A stretch of DNA of 64,000 nucleotides, taken from an uncultured Nitrososphaerota archaeon. Its GTDB lineage: Archaea > Korarchaeota > Korarchaeia > Korarchaeales > Korarchaeaceae. The stretch covers positions 32,001-96,000 of the forward strand of contig CAZQNA010000004.1 of NCBI GenBank assembly GCA_964594835.1, read 5' to 3'. This document shows, in pieces, positions 1-8,990 of this stretch (the stretch's first letter is position 1; every line of letters starts with the position of its first letter). Position numbers and translations under genes: made by a program. The notes below the pieces were generated by a model. That model had not been told where the DNA came from and searched no databases. It saw only the letters and a list, made by a program, of their open reading frames with translations.

Positions 1-2
1 AG

Positions 3-1259
3 AGGGCCCTGAGGTTCGTCGAGGGTGAGCTGGAGAAGGCCGCCATCGGGGTGGACCCCGACGACCTCGAGCTCCTCAGGAAGGTGGCCGAGACCTCGAT
101 GAGCAGTAAGCTGGTGAGGGGGGCCAGGAAGAGGCTGGCTGAGGTAGTCGTTGAGGCCGTCAAGGCCGTCGAGGAGGTTCAGGGTGGAAAGAGGGTCGTC
201 GACGTCGACAACGTCAAGATCATGAAGAAGAAGGGCGAGAGCCTCGACGAGACGCAGTTCATCAGGGGCATCGTGCTGGACAAGGAGGTCGTCCACAGGG
301 ACATGCCCAAGCTGATCAGGGACGCGAAGATCGCCCTTCTGAACCTGTCCCTCGAGGTCAAGAAGCCGGAGATAGACGTGGAGATTCAGATATCCAGCCC
401 AGAGGAGCTCAGATCGTTCATAGATCAGGAGACCCAGATACTCAGGGAGAAGGTGGAGAAGATCGCGGCCACCGGTGCCAACGTGGTGTTCTGCCAGAAG
501 GGCATCGACGAGGTTGCCCAGCACTTCCTCGCCCAGAGGGGCATCATGGCCGTCCGCAGGGTCAGCGAGAAGGACATGAAGAGGCTCGAGAGGGCCACCG
601 GAGGCAAGATAGTCAACAACCTCGAGGACCTCACCGGGGCCGAGCTCGGGTACGCCGGCCTGGTTGAGGAGAGGAAGATCGGCGAGGACCGGATGGTGTT
701 CGTGGAGGACTGCAAGAATCCGAAGGCCGTGACCATCCTGGTGAGGGCGGGCGCGGACACGATACTGGATGAGGCGGAGAGGGGCCTCAAGGACGCCCTG
801 TACGTGGTCAGGAACGTCGTGGAGGACGGCAAGGTCTGCCACGGCGGCGGAGCAATCCAGATCGAGCTAGCCAGGCGGCTCAGGGACTACGCTGAGACCG
901 TCGGGGGGAAGGAGCAGCTGGCCATGGAGGCCTACGCCGCCGCCCTCGAGTCGATCCCGAGAATCCTGGCCGAGAACGCCGGCATGGACTCAATAGATGT
1001 CCTGGTCAGGCTTAGGCAGGCCCACGCCGAGGGCAGGGTCTCCTACGGCGTCGATCCCGTCAGGGGAGAGATCGCCGACATGACCGAGCTGGGGGTGTTC
1101 GACACCTACAGGGGCGTGAAGAACTCCATCTCCTCGGCCACCGAGACGGCGATCCTGATAATCAAGACCGACGACATAATAGCCGCCAAGCCGTACGAGA
1201 AGGAGGAGAAGAAGGAAGAGAAGGAGGAGGAGAAGGAGGAGAGCAAGTTCGAGTTCTGA
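3..1259 (+). CDS. ths: Thermosome (group II chaperonin) subunit, 5'-truncated by window edge
   Basis: GIVLDKEVVH.DMPK, GANVVFCQKGID, GGGA.QIE, LAENAG motifs; frame open from position 3; K/E-rich C-terminal tail. Confidence 0.97.
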   Translation, partial: RALRFVEGELEKAAIGVDPDDLELLRKVAETSMSSKLVRGARKRLAEVVVEAVKAVEEVQGGKRVVDVDNVKIMKKKGESLDETQFIRGIVLDKEVVHRDMPKLIRDAKIALLNLSLEVKKPEIDVEIQISSPEELRSFIDQETQILREKVEKIAATGANVVFCQKGIDEVAQHFLAQRGIMAVRRVSEKDMKRLERATGGKIVNNLEDLTGAELGYAGLVEERKIGEDRMVFVEDCKNPKAVTILVRAGADTILDEAERGLKDALYVVRNVVEDGKVCHGGGAIQIELARRLRDYAETVGGKEQLAMEAYAAALESIPRILAENAGMDSIDVLVRLRQAHAEGRVSYGVDPVRGEIADMTELGVFDTYRGVKNSISSATETAILIIKTDDIIAAKPYEKEEKKEEKEEEKEESKFEF

Positions 1260-1260
1260 G

Positions 1261-1298
1261 CTCTCCCCTCCACGCCCTCCCTTCTTTACTCATTTTTG
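1261..1298 (+). terminator. Pyrimidine-rich/oligo-T terminator after thermosome
   Basis: CTCTCCCCTCC...CTTCTTTACTCATTTTT directly after stop, between convergent genes. Confidence 0.5.
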
Positions 1299-1320
1299 GG
1301 CCCGCTGCGACGTTCGGATC

Positions 1321-2679
1321 TCACTCGCCACTCTTCGGACCCGACCGAAGCCTGCTTGAGACGATCAGAGCGATGGCCGGGGCGAAGAAAGAGTAGAGGT
1401 ATGGGTGAACCGGCCCGGACTCGATCCACACCAGACTCGAGCTGAGCAGGATCGGGTAGAGGATCTTGGCCGCAGAGTCCCCTCGCCGGGCGAGCTCGAG
1501 GGTTCCCCCCGCCGCCGCCCCCAGGATCAGGGGGACGAGCAGGACGCCGGCCGCCCCGAAGTCGATCCATATGGGACCGACGAGGGACGTGGTGTAGGCG
1601 ACCGGCAGGCCAACGACCGCCTCCCCGGTCAGGGCACCCACGAGGGGCCGAGGGATCCCAAGCATCGTGAGCAGGGGGTTGATGAAGAGGAGGACACCGT
1701 AGGTCATCCCCCACGGGGAGTAGGTCCTTAGTATCATTGTGAGGGAGTATAGCGTGAAGCCCGCCCTGCTCACGAGCACGTAGTAGGGGTCGCCGGCCAG
1801 GCCAGCCCTGGACATCAGGATGACCTTCTGGAACGTGAACAGCAGCAGCCCTGGAGCGCCGAGGTAGACTAGCACGTGCCTCACCTTGACGAGGCCGCCC
1901 AGCCACATGGCGGTGATCAACGTCCCGAGGGCCACGACCACATCCAGTCTGAACCCGGACGGGAAGGTCAGAGCCAGAGATATGCCCAGGAGGCCTGCGC
2001 AGATTGCCAGAACATCCTCCCTGCGCAGCCGCCCGAGCCTGACCTCCGAGGAGAGCCAGGCCACCAGGGATGACAGCCCGAGGAGGTACATGTCGTAGCT
2101 GAGCATCCAGAAGGCGTCGTGCCTCCGAAGTTCCGGGTAGAGCAGGGGGATGGCCCCCAGCCTCAGGTAGTTCACGGCGAGGCCCACACCGCCGGCCGCT
2201 AGCAGGGGGAGGGAGAAGTGCAGGAGGCCCTCCCGCCCCAGCACCAGGACCGCGGATTTGGTCCCCCTGGACATGAGGCTGGCCCCTAGCGAGTAGGCGG
2301 CCACGGCGGCGGACCAAAGTCCGATGGCGGCCAGCCACAGCCCGGCATCGACCACGGGGAGGGGGCTGACGACCGCCAGGGCCAGGTAGGCGGCGTAGGC
2401 CAGGGGGATGGCGAGCACGGGGGAGGCCGCGCCGTCCCTCTCGGCGGCCGCCACCAGGGGCCGCAGGGTCAGGCTGGAGGATGCGGCCGCCACCAGGCCG
2501 TCGGCCGCCCTGTTCACCGGAGAGAGAGCCCTCTCGAGGGGCCCGGGGACCCTGACGATCTTACGCGACTCGCCGACTCCACCCAGGGGGACCGCCGACC
2601 TCAGGGCCTCCGCCAGGATCCTCCCGATCGCCATCTCAAGCCTCACGATCAGCTTGACTGCCTTCCAGGTCACGCTCAA
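1321..2679 (-). CDS. Polytopic membrane protein, oligosaccharide repeat unit polymerase (Wzy-like) family
   Basis: About 10 hydrophobic segments; C-terminal TTSLVGPIWIDFG..G motif resembling the Wzy T..G..Y.DFG signature. Confidence 0.65.
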   Translation of the reverse strand: MSVTWKAVKLIVRLEMAIGRILAEALRSAVPLGGVGESRKIVRVPGPLERALSPVNRAADGLVAAASSSLTLRPLVAAAERDGAASPVLAIPLAYAAYLALAVVSPLPVVDAGLWLAAIGLWSAAVAAYSLGASLMSRGTKSAVLVLGREGLLHFSLPLLAAGGVGLAVNYLRLGAIPLLYPELRRHDAFWMLSYDMYLLGLSSLVAWLSSEVRLGRLRREDVLAICAGLLGISLALTFPSGFRLDVVVALGTLITAMWLGGLVKVRHVLVYLGAPGLLLFTFQKVILMSRAGLAGDPYYVLVSRAGFTLYSLTMILRTYSPWGMTYGVLLFINPLLTMLGIPRPLVGALTGEAVVGLPVAYTTSLVGPIWIDFGAAGVLLVPLILGAAAGGTLELARRGDSAAKILYPILLSSSLVWIESGPVHPYLYSFFAPAIALIVSSRLRSGPKSGE

Positions 2680-2685
2680 CGGCCC

Positions 2686-3546
2686 TCACCCCTTGAACTC
2701 CACCGCGAACTTGGCGAATCGGACCCCCTCGAGGGTGGACACGGCGTCGTATATGGCCGCCTTCTCACCGGCGGTCGGGGGTCTGTCGAACACTATCTTG
2801 ACCCTTATGTCGTAGGCGAACATGTCCCACGCCTCCTCCGGCACCCACCTCCTCAGTATGGCGTCCAGCTTGGCGAGGTCCCTCCAGTTCATGTTCTCGA
2901 CCACGAGGTAGAAGGGGGCGACGGTCGAGCCCACGAACATGAAGAGGCCCGTGCACTCCTCGTTGATGTCCTCCTGGAGCCAGTAGATCGGAACCCTGTT
3001 TCCCCTGATCACCTCGGCCAGGCCTCCTCCCTGGAGCTTGAACGACACGAAGGCCTGGTAGCCCACGCCCCCGGACCCCACCGCCTCGACCACCTCGCCC
3101 ACCCTGTCGGCCAGATCCCTCAGCCCCTCCGTCCACAGTGGGTCGAGGCTCACTAGGAGCCTGTCAACGTCTCTGTCGACCCTCAGGGAGAGTCTGAGGG
3201 GGTCTACCTCCTGCGGCAGCGGATCCCTCACCTTCTGATCTGAGGAGTACACGAGGAGCACGTCCCCGCCTGCGCTGAAGTACAGGGTGGCCCTGGCCGA
3301 GTCGAGGACGAACCCGCTGGAGTTGATGACCGTCCCGTTCATGTGGACGCCGAGCAGGGACCCCCTCAGCGAGTACCCCCTCTTCCGATAGAAGTTGGCG
3401 ATGTAGGCGGCCGACTGACCGCTTCTCACGTCCCCACTGTAGTAGGAGTGGGAGTTCACCTTCATGTAAGCGACCCCGACGGCCGCGGTCAGGACGAGGA
3501 CGTCCAGGGCGATCCCGAGCGCCTTTAGAGTCCTCCCCGCCTCCAT
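2686..3546 (-). CDS. Membrane-anchored hypothetical protein (single N-terminal TM)
   Basis: ATG at 3546 (MEAGRTLKALGIALDVLVLTAAVGVAY) just downstream of the upstream gene's stop; distant paralog of 3552-4379. Confidence 0.75.
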   Translation of the reverse strand: MEAGRTLKALGIALDVLVLTAAVGVAYMKVNSHSYYSGDVRSGQSAAYIANFYRKRGYSLRGSLLGVHMNGTVINSSGFVLDSARATLYFSAGGDVLLVYSSDQKVRDPLPQEVDPLRLSLRVDRDVDRLLVSLDPLWTEGLRDLADRVGEVVEAVGSGGVGYQAFVSFKLQGGGLAEVIRGNRVPIYWLQEDINEECTGLFMFVGSTVAPFYLVVENMNWRDLAKLDAILRRWVPEEAWDMFAYDIRVKIVFDRPPTAGEKAAIYDAVSTLEGVRFAKFAVEFKG

Positions 3547-3551
3547 CTCTC

Positions 3552-4379
3552 TCACCCCTCTAGCCTCGGCTCCACGTGGGTGGCCCCTAACTCTCTGAGG
3601 GCGTCGCCCACCTCTCCAGCGTCCGTCGACCTGGGGTCGATGAGGACCGTCACCCGGACTGGGCCCCACAGGACGTCCCTGACTGGAACCCCCTCCCTGC
3701 CCAGCACGCCTCGGATCTCGCCGAGCAGCGAGGCGGAGTCCTCGCCGGGCACGAACCTCATCCTCAGGATGATCTCATTCCCGGCCGTCTCGACCTCGAC
3801 GATTCCCCCCTCCCTCGCGGCCAGGTCCTGTATCATGCTGGCCGGTATGGTGACGTTGGACTCCTCCATCCAAACGGAGGCCGCGGCGGAGACCAGGCAG
3901 GCCTCGACGCCCCTAATCCCCGAGACAGCCGAGCAGAGGTCTCGGGCGTGGCCGCAGCCCCGCCCGCCGCCGGGGAACAGGGCGTCCACCCTCCTAACCC
4001 CCTCGGAGCTGGAAATCTTCAGGAGGACCCTGCTCGGGACGCCATCTACGTAGAGGGCGTCAAACTCGTCAGACAGGACGAGGACGCCCTTCTGGGCATC
4101 GTAGAGGACGAGCCTCTTGCTGTCCGCGTAGACCACCCTCCCAGCCGCCCTGAAGGATCCGCCGGCGAACCAGGCTCCCTCCACCTCCACGTCGACCGCG
4201 TACCCGCGGAGGGCGGAGCTGTGGTAAGTTGCGGCTATCCCCACCATGTTGGCTCCCCTTATGTCGAAGTACCTCTCTCTCGGGACCGCCGCCGCGTAAG
4301 CGATCCCCAGCACGACCAGCAGAACCGCGAGGTCAAGGACCAGACCCAGCGCACGCCTCCTCGGCTCGCCCTCACCCAA
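3552..4379 (-). CDS. Membrane-anchored hypothetical protein (single N-terminal TM)
   Basis: RRRALGLVLDLAVLLVVLGIAYA anchor; first gene of a tightly spaced 3-gene operon; TATA-like TTATTTAA at 4424-4431. Confidence 0.75.
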   Translation of the reverse strand: MGEGEPRRRALGLVLDLAVLLVVLGIAYAAAVPRERYFDIRGANMVGIAATYHSSALRGYAVDVEVEGAWFAGGSFRAAGRVVYADSKRLVLYDAQKGVLVLSDEFDALYVDGVPSRVLLKISSSEGVRRVDALFPGGGRGCGHARDLCSAVSGIRGVEACLVSAAASVWMEESNVTIPASMIQDLAAREGGIVEVETAGNEIILRMRFVPGEDSASLLGEIRGVLGREGVPVRDVLWGPVRVTVLIDPRSTDAGEVGDALRELGATHVEPRLEG

Positions 4380-4467
4380 CGCGTCGACCCTCCTTTCTGC
4401 CAGGGCCCCCGCCAGCGGTATGCTTATTTAACCGAGGGTTGGCCGGGGTCGGGGAGGTCGTGAATAG

Positions 4468-4875
4468 GTGCCCCACTACTACCACGGGCCAGTGGCCGTT
4501 CGCGGGCGGACTCCGACCGGAGGGAAGATCAGAAAGACTCGCAAGAAGAGGAAGAGGGAGCTCGGTAGGTTTCCGGCCCTAACCAAGGTGGGAGAGAGGC
4601 GGCTCAGGTTCATCCGGGCCATGGGCGGGAACTACAAGCTCAGGCTCCTGAGCGACAGCTACGCCAACGTGGTGGTCCCGGGCCAGGGGACCAAGAGGGT
4701 GAGGATCCTGGAGGTGGTCGACAACCCGGCGAGCAAGGTGTTCAGGCGGTACAAGATCATCACCCGCGGGGCCGTGATCAGGACGGAGCTGGGACTGGCC
4801 AGGGTAACGTCCAGCCCCGGCCAGCACGGGGTTATCAACGCCGTCCTGCTGGGAGAGGAGGCCTCTGCCTCCTGA
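4468..4875 (+). CDS. rps8e: 30S ribosomal protein S8e
   Basis: R.PTGGK...[44 protein letters not shown]. Confidence 0.97.
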   Translation: MPHYYHGPVAVRGRTPTGGKIRKTRKKRKRELGRFPALTKVGERRLRFIRAMGGNYKLRLLSDSYANVVVPGQGTKRVRILEVVDNPASKVFRRYKIITRGAVIRTELGLARVTSSPGQHGVINAVLLGEEASAS

Positions 4876-4915
4876 GAGGAGATCAGGCCCACCGCCCTCC
4901 CTCGATAGATCCCGC

Positions 4916-5194
4916 CTGAGGCCTATCGGGGCGGTAGAGGGGGTCACGTCGTCCCGAAACTTCCTCGTTAGGTACTGCGGCCCAGTCGAGTACGATCCAA
5001 AGGACCTCAGGGTCGTGGACGAGGAGCTTCGTCAGGTGGGTGTCGTGAGGGATGTCATTGGGCCAGTCAGCTCCCCGTTCTTCCTGATCAAGATCACGAT
5101 CCCGCTGGATGAGGCCAGAGACTACGTGGGGAGACGGCTCTACCTCCTGGAGCCGCCCAATCTTCGGGCAAGGAAATTAAGGAAAGCCGTTTAA
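4916..5194 (+). CDS. gar1: H/ACA RNP component Gar1 (not in ORF track; apparent CTG start)
   Basis: Manual translation LRPIGAVEGVTSSRNFLVR...VVDEELRQVGVVRDVIGPVSSPFFLIK...YVGRRLY...*; G.V.D.IGPV..P motif; follows rps8e as in other archaea. Confidence 0.85.
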   Translation: MRPIGAVEGVTSSRNFLVRYCGPVEYDPKDLRVVDEELRQVGVVRDVIGPVSSPFFLIKITIPLDEARDYVGRRLYLLEPPNLRARKLRKAV

Positions 5195-5211
5195 CGCATC
5201 CGAGAGCATCG

Positions 5212-5391
5212 ATGCCCCGGCGGTCCAGGCGCGGAGGTGGCGCTACTTGGCCAGAGCAGGTCAACCTGGTCGACCTGGTCGAGAGGCTGCTCTCGCTCCC
5301 GTGCACCACCTGCCAGAACCTCGGGAGGTGCTACGACTCGGCCGCGCTGGAGTGCGGAAAGCTCACCTCGCACCTCCTGCGAGATCCCTAA
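5212..5391 (+). CDS. 59-aa four-cysteine protein resembling the RPC34/TFE-beta C-terminal Fe-S domain (not in ORF track)
   Basis: MPRRSRRGGGATWPEQVNLVDLVERLLSLPCTTCQNLGRCYDSAALECGKLTSHLLRDP*; PC-x2-C-x5-C-x7-C-x2-L; TTTAAC TATA-like element at 5190-5195. Confidence 0.65.
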   Translation: MPRRSRRGGGATWPEQVNLVDLVERLLSLPCTTCQNLGRCYDSAALECGKLTSHLLRDP

Positions 5392-6553
5392 TCACCCTGA
5401 TCAACTCGCCGATCGGCGCGTCCGTCTTTATCGACTTCTTCTCACAGTGGGTGAGGCTGGCCCTGTATCCGAGGGATCTGAGGGCCTCGACCGTGGCCTT
5501 GGGGCTCGGGGATGGAAGTCTACTCCTGCTGGCAAGCGCGTCCAGGTCGTAGTAGAGGGGCGGGAGCCCGACCTCCCCCCGGATTGCCTCGATGATCTGC
5601 AGAGCCTCCCCCGATGAGTGGGCCCCCTCCCTGAGGATGGCGGCCACGGCTTCGACGACCTCCCCGTCCTGGAGATCCCCTACCCACATGGGCCCCATCC
5701 AGCTCAGTCTGGACCCACACTCCGGGCAGGATCCCCCCTCGGCCGGCGGCTCGCCAGCGTGCACAGACCTCCACCCGCACCTGGGACAGTAGGAGGTCCA
5801 CCCCAGCTCCCTGTCCAGGATCTCAGACGCCCTCAGGGCCCCCCTGTCGATCCGAAGGTACACCCTGGCGTAGTGCCTCGTGGCGTGAGCCAGCACCGGT
5901 CTGGCTGCCAGGTCGTAAACGGCCGCCACCCTGGCGGCGTAGGCGGCCAGGATCCTGAGGCCAGCCTCCTTGTGGAACTCGGCCTTGGTCCCCCTGGCGA
6001 AGTACACCCTGCGTAGCTTCCGGGGGTAGACCCCGTAGAGGACCGGCGTGTCGGTCGCGGTCAGCGCCAGGATGCCTCCGGGCCTCACGGCCCTCACGGC
6101 GGCCCAGAGGTAGGGGGAGGGCGTCCCGAACGGATCCACGTCCAGGTAGTCCACCCCACCCCCCTCCCTAAGGGCCAGCGAGGCGAGGTTCGCGTCCATC
6201 AGCCAGGCGTCGACCGATGACTCCAGCCCGTTTCTCCTGATCCCCATCCTTATCGCGTGGTACGCCAGGGGGTTTCTGTCGTTGGCCACCACCGTTGCCC
6301 CGGCCTCGGCCGCCAGCCTGAGCGCCCTGACGCCTGATGCTGCCATCACGTCCGCGGCCCTCACGCCCTCCCCGAGCCAGGAGGCCACGGCGACCGCCAC
6401 GTCCCTGTTCGACCTCATGTGCGGGTTGTAGAACACCCTCGCCTTCGTGTACGCGAGCCCGAGCCTCTCCAGCTCGTCGAGGTCCGAGGCGTAGAACCTG
6501 ACGGCCCCCTCCTCGTACTCCCTGAGCGAAACGGTTATTCTCCTCGGCCTCAC
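5363..6553 (-). CDS. trm1: tRNA (guanine-26-N2)-dimethyltransferase
   Basis: VFYNP.M..NRD, AASGVRALR, DVDPFGTP, LTATD, CPRC/CPEC zinc motifs. Confidence 0.96.
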   Translation of the reverse strand: MRPRRITVSLREYEEGAVRFYASDLDELERLGLAYTKARVFYNPHMRSNRDVAVAVASWLGEGVRAADVMAASGVRALRLAAEAGATVVANDRNPLAYHAIRMGIRRNGLESSVDAWLMDANLASLALREGGGVDYLDVDPFGTPSPYLWAAVRAVRPGGILALTATDTPVLYGVYPRKLRRVYFARGTKAEFHKEAGLRILAAYAARVAAVYDLAARPVLAHATRHYARVYLRIDRGALRASEILDRELGWTSYCPRCGWRSVHAGEPPAEGGSCPECGSRLSWMGPMWVGDLQDGEVVEAVAAILREGAHSSGEALQIIEAIRGEVGLPPLYYDLDALASRSRLPSPSPKATVEALRSLGYRASLTHCEKKSIKTDAPIGELIRVIRDLAGGAR

Positions 6554-6571
6554 CGGCGTCCAGGGGGGCCG

Positions 6572-7141
6572 GTGGCAGTAAAAAACTTCATTCTGAGGGG
6601 TAGACCGGGTTCTGGAAAGTCTACGGCCGTCGACATCGTGAGAAAGATCCTGGGAGAGGCCGGGCTTGCCGTGGCCGGGATCGTCACCCCCGAGTTGAGG
6701 GAGGGGGGCTCGAGGGTCGGATTCGAGGTGGTGGACGTGACCACCGGGAGGAGGTCGACCTTCGCGAGGGTGGGGATGCCCTCGAGCCTCCGGGTCTCAA
6801 AGTACGGGGTCTCGGTTGAGCTGTTCGATCGGGTGGCCGTGCCGGCGCTGGAGTCGGCCCTGGGGGCTGACGTGGCGATAGTGGACGAGATAGGGAAGAT
6901 GGAGCTCTTCAGCGAACGCTTCAGGTCTCTCGTCGTCAGGCTGATGGACTCGAGCGTCCCCGTGGTTGGGACGGCGCCCTTCTACGACCTCCCGTTCCTC
7001 CGCGAGATACTCCAGAGGAGTGACGTCAGGATCGTGTGGGTGAGGCGCGGTCAGGCCGGGGAAGTGGCCCGCTCCCTGGCCGAAGAGGTGCTGAGGATAG
7101 TTCGGGGGAGGTCTGGCCCAGCCTCTGGCCTCACTTCCTGA
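6572..7141 (+). CDS. Nucleoside-triphosphatase, THEP1 family
   Basis: GRPGSGKST Walker A, R.GG.RVGF, DEIGKME; GTG start at 6572 avoids overlap with trm1. Confidence 0.92.
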   Translation: MAVKNFILRGRPGSGKSTAVDIVRKILGEAGLAVAGIVTPELREGGSRVGFEVVDVTTGRRSTFARVGMPSSLRVSKYGVSVELFDRVAVPALESALGADVAIVDEIGKMELFSERFRSLVVRLMDSSVPVVGTAPFYDLPFLREILQRSDVRIVWVRRGQAGEVARSLAEEVLRIVRGRSGPASGLTS

Positions 7142-7823
7142 CCACTATCATGGCGTGCTTCGGGTCGAAGGGGGAGAGGTCCACCCTCTCCAAGACCTTC
7201 ATCCCGCCCCTGGAGAGCCTATCCTCCACGAGCCGGTAGACCCTCTTCGGGGGGAGCGTCACGTCGATGCTGCTCGCCTTGACGGCTATCATGGCGTACC
7301 CTCCTCTCCTGAGGTACGCGTCGGCGTTCTTGAGCAGGATCTCGGCCTGGTCCGGCTGGGCGACGTCGACGTACAGGAGGTCGACCATCTCGACCACGTG
7401 GGCGTACTCCTCAGGCCTCCTTGCGGACGCCAGGATGGGCACTATGTTCCGCCTGGCCTCCGCCACCGGCAGGAGTTCTCTCAGTACCCTCTGGGAGATC
7501 TCAACCCCGTAGATTATCCCCCTCTCCCCGACTATGTCGCTGAAGTGGGAGGCCGTCGTCCCCGAGGCTATCCCGAGGTAGAGCACGCGACTCCCCGGCT
7601 TCAGTGGGAAGTTCCTGAGCCCGTTCAGGATCGCCGCGGCCGGCTTCGACCTCCTCGGGGGCCAGATCCTGTACTCCCTCCCGTCGACCACGACGCTCGT
7701 CTCGTCGTAGCTCTTGAAGCCTGGAACGAGGTTCTCCGTCGCCAGGTTTCTCCTGCGGCCGTCTTGGATCCAGAAGACTCCCTTGAAGCCCTTGTGAGGG
7801 ACTGCCCTAGGTCCCCTAGTCAT
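7131..7823 (-). CDS. flpA: Fibrillarin-like rRNA/tRNA 2'-O-methyltransferase
   Basis: EYRIW.P.RSK.AAAI, VLYLGIASGTTASH.SD, DVAQPDQA. Confidence 0.98.
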   Translation of the reverse strand: MTRGPRAVPHKGFKGVFWIQDGRRRNLATENLVPGFKSYDETSVVVDGREYRIWPPRRSKPAAAILNGLRNFPLKPGSRVLYLGIASGTTASHFSDIVGERGIIYGVEISQRVLRELLPVAEARRNIVPILASARRPEEYAHVVEMVDLLYVDVAQPDQAEILLKNADAYLRRGGYAMIAVKASSIDVTLPPKRVYRLVEDRLSRGGMKVLERVDLSPFDPKHAMIVVRK

Positions 7824-8968
7824 CTCCTACCACCCCTCAGCTCGGCGAGCCTGCGGTCGACCTCGGCCCTCAGCCTGTCGCCTATGAACCTCCCGCCGCC
7901 GAAGGCGTCCACCCTGGCGGCGATCGCTATCTTGGAGGCTAGGATCCTCGCTATCTTCCCCCTAAGCTTCTTGGGGGCGGTCCTCACCTCCTTGGCCTGG
8001 AACAGGACGCCGTGCTTTGGCGGCTTCGTCCCCCTGGTCAGGTGGAGGAATATGGCCTTCTGGGCGCCGAGGATCTGTATCGAGCTGGCGGGCAGGGAGG
8101 CCAGGCGCCTCAGACCGCCTGCGATCGCTATCAGCCTTGCCCCCACGAGTGGAGACACCACGGCCGAGAGGTTCGGCGCGGCCTGGCGCATCAGGTCCTC
8201 TATGTAGCCCTCGACCTGCTCCCTGGTCTCGTAGAGCTTCACCCACCTCCTCGCCACCGCGGCCACGATCCTGAGGTCCTCCTCGGGGAGATCCGCTCCG
8301 ATGGAGTTTCTCGCGGCCTCGGCGACCTTCTCCGCCAGGCTCCTGTCCAGCCCGAGCCTCCTGAGCGCCTCCTCGGTGATCCTCTCCCTCAGCGTGAGCT
8401 CCGACGCTATCATCGCGTAGGCGTAGTGGTCCTCCACGAGGGAATCGAGCTCCGGAAAGTAGATGGAGTACCACTCCCTAATGGCGGGTATGAGCACGTT
8501 GAGGGACTTGTTCAGGTGGTCCACGTAGTCTATGGCCCTGATTATGAGGTTGTCCCTCTGGGAGAGTTCGTCCCTGATACGCCTCCTGCTTACCTCCACA
8601 CCCACCTCGGTGAGGTAGGAGTTGTACTCACGCCTCTCCCCCGGAAAGCCCATCTCCTTGGCGTACTGAAGGGACCTCTCCCTCACGATCCTTGCGGCCG
8701 GGGAGTTGAGGTCGACGACCACTCGCCTCCCGTAGCCCAGCGAGGAGGCTAGCCCCGGGGAGGTGACCACCACCTCCTCGACCCCGTCTCCCATGCCCTC
8801 AAGGGCGTTCCTAACCTCCTCCACCTGCGGGAACGGCTTCCCCCTGCTCAGGAGATACAGCGCCTCCCCGGCCTCCCTGGCGGAGGAGAAGACTGAGTAG
8901 AAGAGGGTGTTTCCATCATCGTCCAGCAGAAGGACCCCGAACGGGTGGGCGATCACGTGGACCCTCAA
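7820..8968 (-). CDS. nop5: C/D box RNP scaffold Nop5 (Nop56/58)
   Basis: REWYS.YFPEL, APNL, PASSIQILGA.KA.F, PPKHGV, RGKIAR.LA.K.AIAAR.D. Confidence 0.97.
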   Translation of the reverse strand: MRVHVIAHPFGVLLLDDDGNTLFYSVFSSAREAGEALYLLSRGKPFPQVEEVRNALEGMGDGVEEVVVTSPGLASSLGYGRRVVVDLNSPAARIVRERSLQYAKEMGFPGERREYNSYLTEVGVEVSRRRIRDELSQRDNLIIRAIDYVDHLNKSLNVLIPAIREWYSIYFPELDSLVEDHYAYAMIASELTLRERITEEALRRLGLDRSLAEKVAEAARNSIGADLPEEDLRIVAAVARRWVKLYETREQVEGYIEDLMRQAAPNLSAVVSPLVGARLIAIAGGLRRLASLPASSIQILGAQKAIFLHLTRGTKPPKHGVLFQAKEVRTAPKKLRGKIARILASKIAIAARVDAFGGGRFIGDRLRAEVDRRLAELRGGRR

Positions 8969-8990
8969 GAGAACCGCCCGGCCCCGCTAC

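Noticed and set aside
1195-1250. GAGAAGGAGGAG-type repeats at the thermosome 3' end and in rpl12 (about 41540-41600)
   Set aside because: Simply encode Lys/Glu-rich tails; not CRISPR or mobile repeats
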